Below are positions 13,031-25,289 of a stretch of DNA of 64,000 nucleotides, one piece after another. The notes under the pieces are model-generated. The model was not told the origin of the DNA and made no database searches. It saw only the letters and a list, made by a program, of their open reading frames with translations. This DNA comes from Octopus sinensis (Eukaryota), in NCBI RefSeq assembly GCF_006345805.1, contig NC_043003.1:76818001-76882000 (forward strand), in the 5' to 3' direction. The stretch's first letter is position 1; every line of letters begins with the position of its first letter. The translations under genes and the position numbers were made by a program.

Positions 13031-13226
13031 AGTGAAAGAAAGAGACAAAGAAATTTAGGGAGAGTTGATGTTTTATTTAAAGTAATAGTGTTGAAGGTGG
13101 GAGCGGTGGTAATAATAAAAGAAAAAGTGGGAGATAATGCACAACTTTGTTTCACAGAAATTATTGTCGCCAACATACTGAACACTATCATTTTTGTTTT
13201 ATTTTTGCTTTCTTTAATACCTGTAT

Positions 13227-13239
<13 letters not shown>

Positions 13240-13259
<20 letters not shown>

Positions 13260-13357
13260 CATACAAAATTTAAAGGACTGACCACTAAAAGTAGACGGTC
13301 AACATGCTAGATATAGACGTCAAATATATGTATATATATACATATATATATATATGC

Positions 13358-13422
<65 letters not shown>

Positions 13423-13501
13423 CTATATATATACATATATATATATACATATATATATATACATATATATATATGTGTATATATATATATATGTATATAT
13501 A

Positions 13502-13550
<49 letters not shown>

Positions 13551-13593
13551 TATATATATGCATATATATATTCATATATATATATATATATAT

Positions 13594-13633
<40 letters not shown>

Positions 13634-13635
13634 CA
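13240..13635. repeat. Long interrupted (TA)n tract
   Basis: Direct reading. Confidence 0.98.
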
Positions 13636-13759
13636 TTTTAATTGAAATAAGTTTCCCCAAAATGAAACACATCTAATATAATAAATGTGAATGTCAGTGT
13701 TTCACACTTTTTAAACTTTTCTCCTAGATGCTGTATCCCAACAAATCATACCATTTTGG

Positions 13760-14110
13760 AATTAGGCTGATTCCGTGAGTAAATTAAAACCTTTGCAGGC
13801 CGAATCCGGACCCGCAATCCTGAAATTTAGGATTCCCAAGTTTTCATTACTCTAATCGTTTTCGGCGATTTTTTTACATGACCTATTGAGACAAATGTTT
13901 TTGTACGATAACAATTTTTATAATCTAAGGGCTAACTCCGAGAGTCAATTAGAAATATTCCAGGCCGAATTCGGATTTCATTACTGCGATTATTTTCGGC
14001 GATTTCTTTTTACTTGATTAATTTTGCGACGAATGAGATCATAATTGGAGGAAGCAATCGCAACAAATTCTCCAAAACAAGTCAGAGATCTGTTTGCAGA
14101 TCTTTTTATT
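13760..14110 (+). mobile_element. Helitron-like fragment
   Basis: DHNW/LEEAIATNSPKQVRDLFAD (14030-14100) resembles the Helitron RepHel linker (DxHW..LEEA...SPxQxRxLFA); an imperfect ~165-bp direct repeat lies upstream (CAGGCCGAAT..TTCATTACT..TTTTCGGCGATTT twice). Confidence 0.45.
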
Positions 14111-14428
14111 CAGGATCACTTTCTTAAAAGCTATATACCAACCTATAGGGTAGTTTTAAAACGAGTATATGTATATATGAATATATATTTGTATGGACGA
14201 TCATACTGAATATCTACAGACAAATTGCGTAAAATTACGTAATTTGTTAATAGTGAAGCATTGTCTATGAATAATCTATATTTTTGTTACTTTTCATTTG
14301 TTTTGCTCGCTTACGTTTCTGGTGTTTGCTAAATTTTCTAGAGAACATTTCTTAGTGGTAAGACCATAGCTGATCTATTTCTAGCATTAGGGTGTCCACA
14401 TAGTGGTAATCCTTCTCATATGTCTATA

Positions 14429-14498
<70 letters not shown>

Positions 14499-14819
14499 AT
14501 ATATAGGCATATATATATGCATATATATATATAATATATATATATACACACACATATATCAATTAGCAATAATTATAAATATATAGAACATAGAAACTTG
14601 TTCATCCTCAAAACTTATTTCCTCTTATTTTACAATTTTTTACAGATTATTACTATGGTCTTTATGACCTACACTTATATACACTTCACAGATTACAGGT
14701 ATTTGCTGATGCAACTTGGCGAGATTTCCGATGCCGCTTCGTCAGGGTCTGTCCATTTAGATATTTTCAACTCCTGTATGTGTGTGTATTTATATATGTA
14801 TGTATGTAGCTTTTATTTT

Positions 14820-15325
14820 TTAATTATTATAAATCTTCCACTGACGAGGAAGCCGGTTTCCAACAAAGATACAAGTCTCCATCTTTAGGATATAGTTAAC
14901 ACAAGCAAAATCACATTTGCAACTTGAGAAAAGTCTTGCATATTTTTACTGTTCCACTCTCAGATTGGACTTGTACGAATCAGCGGGTTCATTTCTCTTT
15001 CTGTAAATCCAAGTTTATCCAGATTCTCCTTTAAGCATTTACTAACAAAACCTAGTGCTCCAATTATCATATTGTCATAAGATTTCTGCATAGTTTTCTT
15101 ACTTCAGAGAGTACAGCTTTCTTTATTAAAAGTTGTTCGGCACATACCCACCCTCCCTTCTTTCCTCCAGCCTGTTCATCAGTCACAATATTGTTCGACA
15201 CACATTGGCCATTGAGGAATTGGTTGGGGCAACTTGTATGCAGTATGTACATAATGTTTAGGCAAGCAATGAGCCTGTTGTTTCCTGCCATCTCGGCGAT
15301 TTCAATTTTGGCAACAAGATGTGGT
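14820..15325 (-). mobile_element. R4/Dong-like RLE non-LTR element, internally deleted
   Basis: LLPK..NRLIACLNIMYILHTSC..NNIVTDEQAGGKKGGWVCAEQLLIKKAVLSEVRKLCRNLMTI is joined to IIGALGFVSKCLKENLDKLGF..GTVKICKTFLKLQM*, then a short 3' UTR ending in ATAATAAT. Confidence 0.78.
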
Positions 15326-15328
15326 ATA

Positions 15329-16030
15329 TCAGTCTGACCAATTTTGTAGGTTTTTACTCCATTCTAAATGCTTTGCAATGTTTGTTTTTGAAAGTAGTGG
15401 TTTTTTTATTGCAGCCCTCCTGTGAAATTGGGCTTTGTGCAGCTCCCGGCGAACGGTTTTTGTGGAAACTGGGTTCGCAAGGTAGTCATTAAGCTCTGCA
15501 GTAATTGTAGGAGTTGTACGTTTGTGACCCTTTCTATCAATTCGCGTACGAGTCCGACGATCCCTATCTGAAAGTTTTGGTTTTCTTCCAGAGTTTTGTT
15601 TCGACGAGGAGGTTTTTCCCACTTTCTCAAATGCTGTCATTACTTTCGAGACAGTACTTCTTGATACACCAAATATTTTGGCTGTTTTCGTTACGCTAGC
15701 GCCTGCCATACGAGCACCAACAATTTGACCTTTTTGAAAGTCCGAAAGATTTTTCATCTTAATGAATTTCAAGTACCTTTTTACTGATGATATCTGAAAA
15801 AAAAACAGTGATTTTAGCAAAACATATTTAAGCAACACTAAGAATAAATAAAAAAGAAACAAAAATAAACAAGCTTTTGACGGGTTTATAGATATTTAAC
15901 AATTATGATGTTATGATGCTATAATTACTTCACGAATGTATTCAAGAATTTAAATGTAAAAGAAATACATAGGTCACTGACCATACTTCATCAATCTTCA
16001 TTTCTTTGTAATTATTTTGTCCAACCCCTG
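15329..16030 (-). mobile_element. Tc1-like DNA transposon, 5' half (TIR plus DNA-binding domain; catalytic domain missing)
   Basis: TA|CAGGGGTTGGACAAAATA terminus at 16030; MKNLSDFQKGQIVGARMAGASVTKTAKIFGVSRSTVSKV...GRKPKLSDRDRR...VSTKTVRRELHK...KKPLLS is the paired-like plus homeo-like HTH. Confidence 0.92.
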
Positions 16031-16162
16031 TACATATTAGTTGGTTTCTATAAAATTTCAGCTTCTCTTACCAATATCCAAATATTAGGTCCATTCTAGG
16101 TCTGTTACTATTTTGCAATTTGCCTATTGCCATAACGAAGGTTTCTACATGTATGTATGTGC

Positions 16163-16203
<41 letters not shown>

Positions 16204-16326
16204 TAAATTAGAGATAAAACCACTACTAGGCAAATCATACAATGAAAAACTTAAGCCAATACATAAGATTAATTAATTTATATTATTTAAATATATATCA
16301 AAATTATTAAAAAAGATAATTAATAT

Positions 16327-16395
16327 AACACTACGATCGTTTCATGGCTGTTCAATTCTTAAAATTTTCGAGTTACAGTCATTCTTCAGGTGGTT
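16327..16395 (-). ncRNA. Minimal type-I hammerhead ribozyme motif
   Basis: AACCAC-CUGAAGA-AUGACUG(25 nt)CAGCCAU-GAAAC-GAUC-GUA-GUGUU: core intact, 7-bp helix II with 1 mismatch, palindromic helix III ACGAUCGU, short helix I. Confidence 0.75.
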
Positions 16396-16800
16396 TAAAT
16401 ATTTGACTTGGCGAGGTTTAATATATATATATATATAGTGTGTGTGTTCATATAATTAAATATATTCGCAAATATCTGGTTATAATCCAGCCAAGTTTAG
16501 GAACAGTATGTTATTAGTAGAGCAGAAAATAAGTCATAATAAAGATAGGATGATTGTTATAGAGGTAAGTAGCGCCGAAACGGGCAAGATTTTAATGCAA
16601 CCGAAATATGTAAAAAGAACATTTACAATATACTTGTCTTGAAAATAGTTTACAAAATTTGTACAATCAGTGTAAAGATCTGTAGACCATGTTTAATATT
16701 ATGCAGTTTTTCCGTATTACATTTTAATGTATTATGCAATAAATATCAATTTACGCAAAACATATCTTTGTTATGAAATATTTATTTCTTTTATTGACGA

Positions 16801-16832
<32 letters not shown>

Positions 16833-16888
16833 ACACTTATATATGTGTGTGTATGTATAACACGTACATATATGCATGTGTATGTTGT

Positions 16889-16931
<43 letters not shown>

Positions 16932-17449
16932 GTGTGTGTGTTTATATATATATACATATGTATACTATTGCTAATGGTTTAACTTTGCAAGTGTTTGCGT
17001 GAGTGCGTGATTGTGTAATTGTTGAAGAATATATATGTGTGTGTCTAGTTGTACGTCAACTACCTGTTTACTCATGCTCTAACACATCTATATTCGATTA
17101 ATCTCTGCTAGAAGCCATTTCTTCATTGTGGCCTTTGATTCAACGATATTCCAACATGTATGCCACAATAATTACTTCAGAAATGTATTCAAGAATGTTA
17201 AATATAAAAGAAATACATAGGTCACTGACCATACTTCATCAATCTTCATTTCTTTGTAATACAGGACATGGTTAGTTCGGCTATTATTTACAAGTTCTAA
17301 CTTACTTCGTATATTCTCAAATGTGTTTCATTTTATATTAGCACTGAGAATGGTGTGGTAAAAATGATAGAACTGCGGACTAAATGTCTCTTACTATTTA
17401 GTTTCGGGTCCTCCACACTCTGAGTTCAAATTATGTCGATTTAGTTTCT

Positions 17450-17950
17450 CTATTTCTTGGTGAAAGGAGTATCAGTCATATACAGATTAGATCCCACAGA
17501 AAATCTTGTGATCATGATGTTTGGAAATTCAGTTCACAAACGTTATAGTTGCTGAATACGGTGTACATGCCCAACACGTGTTCTAAGAACTAGATATTTA
17601 GTTCTTGATGTTCAGATCTGTACCTCTGAATGTTGATATCCTCAGTTATCAATATCTGCATCATATCTAATGAATATATACGTTCGTAGATCAGAATCAT
17701 GACCTCCAGTAAAAATTATCCACACTTTCGATATTGCAGCTAAATTCCTAGTAAAGACATTTTTCAAGGTCCACCGTGATAACTTTATATGAAGTGTAAA
17801 ACAGTTATTGTGTATTAAATACAATTCATTAAGGGATCATTTTTTCGCAATTGCCCGAATGAATATTTGCTTTGTATCAATTCAGGCATTTCATTGGAGT
17901 TTTCTTCCCAAGAACGTTTGTCTAGTTAACGTCTATATTATTATTCTTTA
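17450..17950 (-). pseudogene. Possible Sola-type (DDD) transposase remnant
   Basis: VITVDLEKCL..FYWR..NVYIH..RGT..DHKIF..IEK in the order of Sola-like motifs (FDLQK, YYxR, RGSxE, HKFL..GH..D..F..IEK); many stops. Confidence 0.3.
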
Positions 17951-18700
17951 CATATTCATACATATGATACGGTCTTCTTGAAGCATCTCAAGATTTCTGC
18001 ATTTAGCAGAAATATAGTTTGAAGGAAATTGGAAAGTTGAAATGTAATTCACGCCTACTTACTCTGACAAGACATAACAGTAAACTGAAATAAGAAAATG
18101 TTTTCCAACATTTAAATTATCATTTCAAAGTTGCCAATTAAGATAAAAATTAGTCTTGACAATTCACGAAATCTTAGAAAGAAATTTTGAAAGAAAATGA
18201 ATGCTGTATTTATGTGTTTATATCTTCAACTCATTTTTCTCAGACTGTATTATATCACACGTTCGTCCTTCGTTAAACTGTTCCTGTAATATAATTATTT
18301 TACAATGTGCAAATTTTCTAGGCCCACATTCAGGATTCTTAAACAAAAACGGTTGCGACAGGCCACCACGGCCTATTATACAGCTCAATATAGTTGATTT
18401 CAAGAGAAAAAGACAGGCAGATAGATACTTATATACATACATACACAAACAGACAGGGAAAGATATAGTGACAAGAAGTGTGAGAGAAAAATAAAGAGAG
18501 AAGAATTATCATGAGTACCAAACTGGTTCTTCGTTTATTGATTACAGAAAATGAAAGGCAATTCTGATTCCAGGGAGTTTGAGCTCAGGGCTCAGTGAGC
18601 CAGAGCAAATATCGAAAGTTGTCATATCAGACGTTTTAATGCCTGCAAATTTCCTAAATATATATAGGCACATACATACATGCATACATACTTAAACGGA

Positions 18701-18763
<63 letters not shown>

Positions 18764-18859
18764 AACATATATATATATATATATATATGACGGACTCTCC
18801 CACCATTCATTCACTTTATCTTTTTATTCTTATCCGTTCTCAAGCTACAAAACTCAATA

Positions 18860-19830
18860 TGGATATGTGTATGACTTATTAAAGCAGCACGTGATCTAAT
18901 TGAGAAATCCCAATGTGGACAATGGTGGTCTGAGGGAAGGCTGCAGTTCTGTTAATTTATTTTCCTACTTACTAGTAACTGCTCTTGATGACGTACCTGT
19001 TTAGTTTCAAAATTTTGAAGCAACAAAAAGCACTCTCTCCTCTAGTCTGCACGGTTTATCGCAAGATTCTCAATGTTTGATATCAAGGTGTTTCAAATTA
19101 TCTTTAAATTTGTCTTTATATCATCGTACTAGTGGCCGGCCTACATCACGTCGTAAATTTACAAGCTGGCCATAAATGATTTACTTTAGTATTCGACCAC
19201 TACTCATGCGAAGGATGTCTGCACCATTGCATCTAAGACTTGATAAAGAAATATTCTATACCGGGTATTCAACGCATACAAATGCTATTCTTCACTTTAT
19301 CATCCCACTCAGCTTTGTATATTTATCTATAACACCTCTTTTGAAAGCTTTTCCGCTATCTGATGTGCCTACGATATGGTATTCAAGACTGCACCACACA
19401 AAAGAAATTTTAGAACAACTGGCGTATACACGTCTATGTTCGTCTATTTTTTTCCTTGTAGTTTAGTCTTTTCTGTGATGATAGTAAAGCCGAATGATCT
19501 GGCTGCTGCTGCTGCATATTTATCAATGAAGTGATGCTCGACTGTATGAGCAACTAGGTCACAATTATTTGCAAACAGTAAGTCTCTAATTGTCCGAGAT
19601 ATAACTTTAGTTCTTGATTTGAAACATTGTTGGTTGAGGATCCCTTATGTTGTCCTATGTTCATGAAACGCACCCTCTTCAACATTACAAAAGGCACAAT
19701 CCAGCATTACTGCAAAACGAAGTAGGACAAATAATACTGGTGACTAAACAACCTTGTTTTGTTCCATTTTTAACATCAAAATGCGCAGACTGATTTCCAT
19801 TTGAGAGAAAAAATGCCTTCATATCTTTAT
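18860..19830 (-). mobile_element. RTE (BovB-like) LINE 3' fragment
   Basis: KQGC..IRDLLFA..YRRHIR..IYGQLVNLRRDVGRPLVR.YKDKFKDNLK..CPH..SRAALISHTHIH. Confidence 0.85.
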
Positions 19831-19929
19831 GTAGAAGAAGTATCCATTTTGTAAGGTCAACAAAATATATACATTACAGTGTCAAGCAGATCATCAGTTG
19901 TTAACACCGCTGGTGACAATGCTCTTCCA

Positions 19930-20500
19930 ATTCTATATTATGGTACCATTCTTTTCCATCTTGACTAAGTAATTTCTTAAGAAGATCGTCTTCTCAGTGT
20001 CGTGAAGGCCTTCTAAGTGGATTTTCCAATCTCTTAGATACCAGTCGGAAATTGCACGGGTCCAGCTGTAGTCTGTGAACTTTGCCACAACCTTGGAATT
20101 GTGCTTTCGGTATTCAGTGATAACGTCGTTTACTGCGCACCGTTCTCGAATTAACCTCTTTCGAACATGTTCTCGTAATGATATTCCTATTATGGATCTT
20201 TCCATGGCCCTTCGCGTCGTAGCCAATCGATGATCTATCCTCTTCGTAGTAGCCAACGTCTTACCTGCGTATAAGAGCGCAGGTACAATAGTGCAAATGA
20301 GAAGAAGTATGGAACATATGGCGACGTCTAGCTTTGTATTGAACTCATACTATATTGAATTAAATGCCTTCCATCCTGCCATTATTCTCTCGGAGATTTC
20401 ATAATTCATATCTCGGCGCATATTCACTGAGTTCCTTGGGTAGACGTGCTCCCTTACCTCCGCGATTACGTCGCTTTCTCCCTATATTCGGCCTTGTGCT
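19930..20500 (-). mobile_element. RTE-1-like LINE fragment (second RTE family)
   Basis: EISERIMAGWKAFN..IVPALLYAGKTLATTKRIDHRLATTRRAMERSIIGISLREHVR..WTRAISDW. Confidence 0.85.
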
Positions 20501-21379
20501 ACGTCTTTTAACTGCATTTATTTTATTTTCATATATATTTTTACAAAATACACACACACACATACAAACAAACAAACATAAATACATACATACCGCCGGA
20601 AGAGACTTATGTACTACAGATATGTATAAACCAATACTCGAGATACAGTTTCAGTTTCATACCTATTATTATTAGTGAAACAGGATATGCTCCAACTCGG
20701 GTGGAGCTAAGTATGGTCAAACGTTCATTCTACAGCAGGGAATGCATGTCCTTAATTCATATACTTATAGGTATTCCCTATACCTCGTACAATAATCTAA
20801 AATATGAATAAAGCATGATGCTAGTCTTTCACTACATTACTACCAAGCAGGCGGCCAGTCAAAATTAGCTCTAAATTCAAAAGAGAATAAGAAAATATAC
20901 ATAGACACATTTCTGCTTACCTACCTAGAAAAATACATGCGTACACTACCACACATCCACAGGAAAACGGATAGCATGTTGATTATACAGCCAGGGGGAA
21001 ACACATGTTTTACTTTCCTATATACCACTCCTTAACAAGCGAAATGATATGGTAATAAATTGCAATCACGGGATTATGTCCACTTATAAATTTTGTAAAA
21101 AATCTTGTTAAGCCGCTAATTTTACAATTCAGATACAACGAAACTGTTCCCCTCTTTTCTTGCTAATTCCATACCTGTTTATCTCTTAATACCTTTTCTT
21201 TGCGTTCGTTATATGTTCAATCACTAGGAACTCATTCACTTTTTGCTTTTTATTTCTATTACTTATTTTTGTATTTTATTTTATAACATCGCAGAATGCT
21301 TCCAAAGTTTGGGTACTTTGTATAGAGATTTTTTGTTGCCGTAATTCGTTTGGATATTAGGTGTATGCGCATATAAGTA

Positions 21380-21493
<114 letters not shown>

Positions 21494-21821
21494 CAGACAG
21501 ATTAGAATGAGGTAGTTTGGATGAAGCATTGTGTGGTGGAACTTTAAACAGATTTGTTGTGTAAAGCCGAGAAGGTAAACTACAAAAGGATAAGAAAGCA
21601 AAACAAAGTTGCAGCTTTATCTTGTATTTATATACTTCGAGATCATGACCTCTTCTTGGGAACATTTGGTAAAAGCGGTAGTTGGAAAAAGTCGTTGCTC
21701 AAATGTAATGATAGGGTAGGAAGAGCAAATGCGGAGGAGGGACGAAAGGGACGAAAGCAAACCAACGGTGGTTGTCAGGACGCAGTTAAGAGCAAAGACA
21801 CAAAGACACAGGCACACACAT

Positions 21822-21960
21822 ATACGGATCCACTCACAGGGATTTGGTCGGTCCGATGCGATAGTAGGAGACAATTACCAAATGATCCATGCAGTGGGGC
21901 TGAACCCGGCACCGCGTAAATGTGAAGCAAATTTCCTACTACATAACCACGCTTGCGCGT
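21822..21960 (-). mobile_element. SINE family B head, decayed
   Basis: Reverse complement has GGGTTCAGCCCCACTGCATGG..GACCGACCAAATCCCTGTGAGTGGAT. Confidence 0.75.
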
Positions 21961-22025
21961 AATGCGTCTCTCTCTCTCACGCTCTCTCTCTCTCACGCTC
22001 TCTCTCTCTCTCACGCTCTCTCTCG

Positions 22026-22104
<79 letters not shown>

Positions 22105-22489
22105 CAAATGCACACATGCATGAGCGATCAACTACAAACAGAAACACACATACACGCACACACAGACACACGCACACACACACACACAAAAGCACATGTA
22201 TATGTCTCTTCGTGTATTTATGCTTGTATTTATATAGGCACATATCTATATATGATGATTTTTATGTATAATTGAAATATCATGATCGCAATGCAGACGT
22301 GTCTAGTCATCAGCTGGGAATTGTATTTTTCGACATATCTGTTTATTTGTTATATATATATTTTAATGTATGATTGATGTATTCTCGATGTCACCCCCTT
22401 GGGAACTTACCCATCCAGTAGACTTTTCCTGATCCCCTGTCACTATTCTCCCTATATTCATCTTCTTGTACATTATACATACATATATA

Positions 22490-24250
22490 TATGATGGGGA
22501 TCGGACAATGAGCGTAAGCCAGTGTCAACGGTGGTTCCAGAAATTCTGAGCCGGAAACTACAGTCTAGAATATAAGCCTCATCCTGGAAGATCTGTAGAG
22601 ATCGATAAGGACGTCCTGCAAACCCTAGTGGAAAACAATCCCATTGTAACTGTTGAGGAACTAGCAGAGAAGCTTCGATTTGGTCATTCGACCATTCATA
22701 GACACCTGCATGCCATGGAAAAGCCAGCAAATTGGATCAATGGGTACCTCGCAAACTTTCAGCGTCTAATCGCGTGCAGAGATTGAATGTATGCCCTTCT
22801 TTGCTGTCGCTTCTCACGAATGAAGCTTTTTATTCGACCGAATAGTGACTGGTGACGAGAAATGGGTTCTCTATAAAAATGACAAGCACAGAAGACATTG
22901 GGTAGAGAAAGAAGAAATACCGGAACCTCAAGCTGAAGGTCTTCACCCACATAAGGTTTTGTTATCTGTTTGGTGGGATATGAAATGCTTAGTCCACTTT
23001 GAACTTTTAAACCTAAACCAAACGATAACAAAGGAAATCTATTGCGAACGGTTTGAGCGGTTTAAGTCAGCGCTAGAAGGAAAACGATCATCTTTACTTT
23101 CAATACGAAAGATGTTCTTCCATCAGGATAATGCTCGGCCACATACAGCGAGGATGACATTCCACAGGCTGGAGGAGTTTGAATGGGAAACGATGTCCCA
23201 CTCATCATATTTGACGGACATTGCCCCATCTGATTATCATTTATTCCGCAGTCTTCAAAATCATTTGGACAGAAAAAACATGAATTCTGTAGACGAGATC
23301 AGAACAGTATTTTTTTTTTTCTGCCTTTAACCCTCCAAATCACTTTTCGCTAAATTTGGTGTGTCTTTTCTAATTGTGCTACCAATCCACTTCCACTTTT
23401 TCTGAAATATTTACTCCCTAATCGAAACTTGATTTGTTCTTTGCCATAGCTCCATATTGCTTATGTATTCGGGCCATCTAATTTTAAGTATACTACGCAA
23501 GCATTTGTTGATGAATGATTGTATTTGCTTATTTGACTTAACTGTTGTTCGCCATGTCTCAGCCCCATACAATAACACCGCTTTTACGTTAGTATTAAAA
23601 ATTCTTATTTTGTTCTTTATTGAAATTACACTTGCACTCCATACTTTCTTTAACAGGTGAAAAGAGGTCCTTGCCTTACTTATTCTCGTCTTAATATCTT
23701 CGTCGGTGCCACCTGGAAACCTTATTTTACTACCTAAATACGTAAACTCGGCTACATCCTCTAGTTCACCGATTTCTAGTTTAATACGTTCCCTGTTTTC
23801 TTCATTAACGCGCATTATTCTTGATCTGTCGCGGTTGACTTTCAATCCTAGTTTGGCAGCTATTGCTTCTAATTTTGACGTTTTATTTTGTTGAGTACAC
23901 AGGGCTATTTTTATTTCTACTAGTTATAGATTGGATTATGAAGGAAACTACGATTGAAATCCAAACAGGCATTGAATGGACGGATGCGGAAGCTCTAGAA
24001 GATCTCGACTTTGCAGATGATATAGCGCTACTTTCACAAACAGCCAAATGCAAAATATAACGTCAAAATTAGAAGAACAGTATAGGAGGAGTATTTTTTG
24101 TTACGGAATTTCGGAAGAGGAGCCTTGCAAGTCAACCAGATAGATGGAAAATATTGCAGAAAATGAAGGAGAGTATATTTTGTTTGTCTTAATTTTGAAA
24201 AATCAAAGAAGTATTTTTTTTTTAAATGCGTTATTTATGGGATAATTCAA
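22490..24250 (+). mobile_element. Mariner (D,D34D) transposon, 5'-truncated, interrupted by a LINE at 23311-24073
   Basis: WVP..IVTGDEKWVLY..HQDNARPH(34 aa)PSDYHLFRSLQNHL..DEIRTV; the frame resumes after the insert (RTV*EEYF..PDRWK..ENEGEYI), followed by a TIR-like TTATTTATGGGATAATTCAA. Confidence 0.95.
23311..24073 (-). mobile_element. RTE-clade LINE insertion with 5' inversion, A-tail and 10-bp TSD
   Basis: TSD AGAACAGTAT at 23301-23310 and 24074-24083; T10 at 23311-23320; minus ORF KVNRDRS..FTYLGS..VLLYGAETW..KIRWP; plus-strand segment LFLLVIDWIMK..LDFADDIALLS. Confidence 0.93.
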
Positions 24251-25289
24251 ACTTGGAAAATTCAGTTTTTTGTCTCTCCTATCTCTTGCGTTTTCGCTTT
24301 TATACATGTTTATGTGTCTGTGTGTTCGAGTGTATATGTGTGTGTGTGAGTGTGTGTGCATGTGGTGTGTATGTGTGTATGTGTGTGTACGCATGTGCGT
24401 GCATGTTCCTGTGTGCGTGCGTGCGTGTGTGCGTGCGTGCGTGTGTGCGTGTGTGCGTGTGTGCGCGCGCGAGCGAGCACATTTGTGTTTATGCATATTA
24501 ATGCGTACCTAAATTTGCAACTATGATTAAGTTCATACAACCTGTAACATTTGCAATATGACTGACAGTGTAGGTTTTATGAAATGTAGAATGATAGACG
24601 TTTTCCTGAAATGTAACAAAATGGAAAATTAAATAGCAAATATTTAAAAAAAATACAAATTATCGGAATCAAATTTTAAGCTGCATAATCCACATTGATC
24701 TAGTGAAAACGAGAATGAAAAATCTAAAATCTATGCTCTTTATAATTCTCTTTCTGTCTGTGTATGTGTCCGTATATATGTGCTTGTCTGTGTGTGTGTG
24801 TGTGTATGTATGTCTGTATCTATGCATGTACGTATGTTAGTGTATGTGTGAGTCACTATTTTTCGATTTAGCATATTTGTTTAATATTCTAGAAATTTAT
24901 TATGCAAAACGAAATAAGATATTTATCAAACTAATTTTAATGTTTCCATGTGCTCCTTTATGTGTGTGAGCGTGTGTATGTATATGTGTATGTGCGCATG
25001 TGGGCGCGTGTTTGTGTGTGTGAGTGGGCGCGCGTGTGTGTGTGTTTATGTGGCATATGTTATGTGTATGTGTGTGTGTACGTAGAAAGAAACTTTAAGA
25101 GGCGTGGACTCCATTCAAATCATATCTGCTAAATTCACATCTATTGCCACACTCCATGCTAGTCTCTTCATTGCAAACTGCACATTTTTTGGTGCTGAAG
25201 GTGTCCCATAACCAGCTTAATTTGATGTCGTAACCATTTCTGTTTAAAATATCAGTTGAATGGAGTTTAAGTTATGCTATCTAAAACTT

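Noticed and set aside
12947-13266. 108-109 aa ORFs
   Set aside because: They span a (GA)n tract, have low complexity and show no recognisable domain.
14695-14745. Minus-strand CTGACGAAGCGGCATCGGAAATC
   Set aside because: Helix II is only 2 bp, and helices I and III are absent.
14835-14870. CTGACGA-GGAAGCCGGTTTCC hairpin
   Set aside because: No GAAA or helix III follows; more likely the antisense of a LINE 3' UTR stem-loop.
23301-23320. L1-endonuclease trans-mobilisation of the A-tailed RTE copy
   Set aside because: The pre-insertion site on the insert strand reads CT/ATAC, not the L1-type TT/AAAA.
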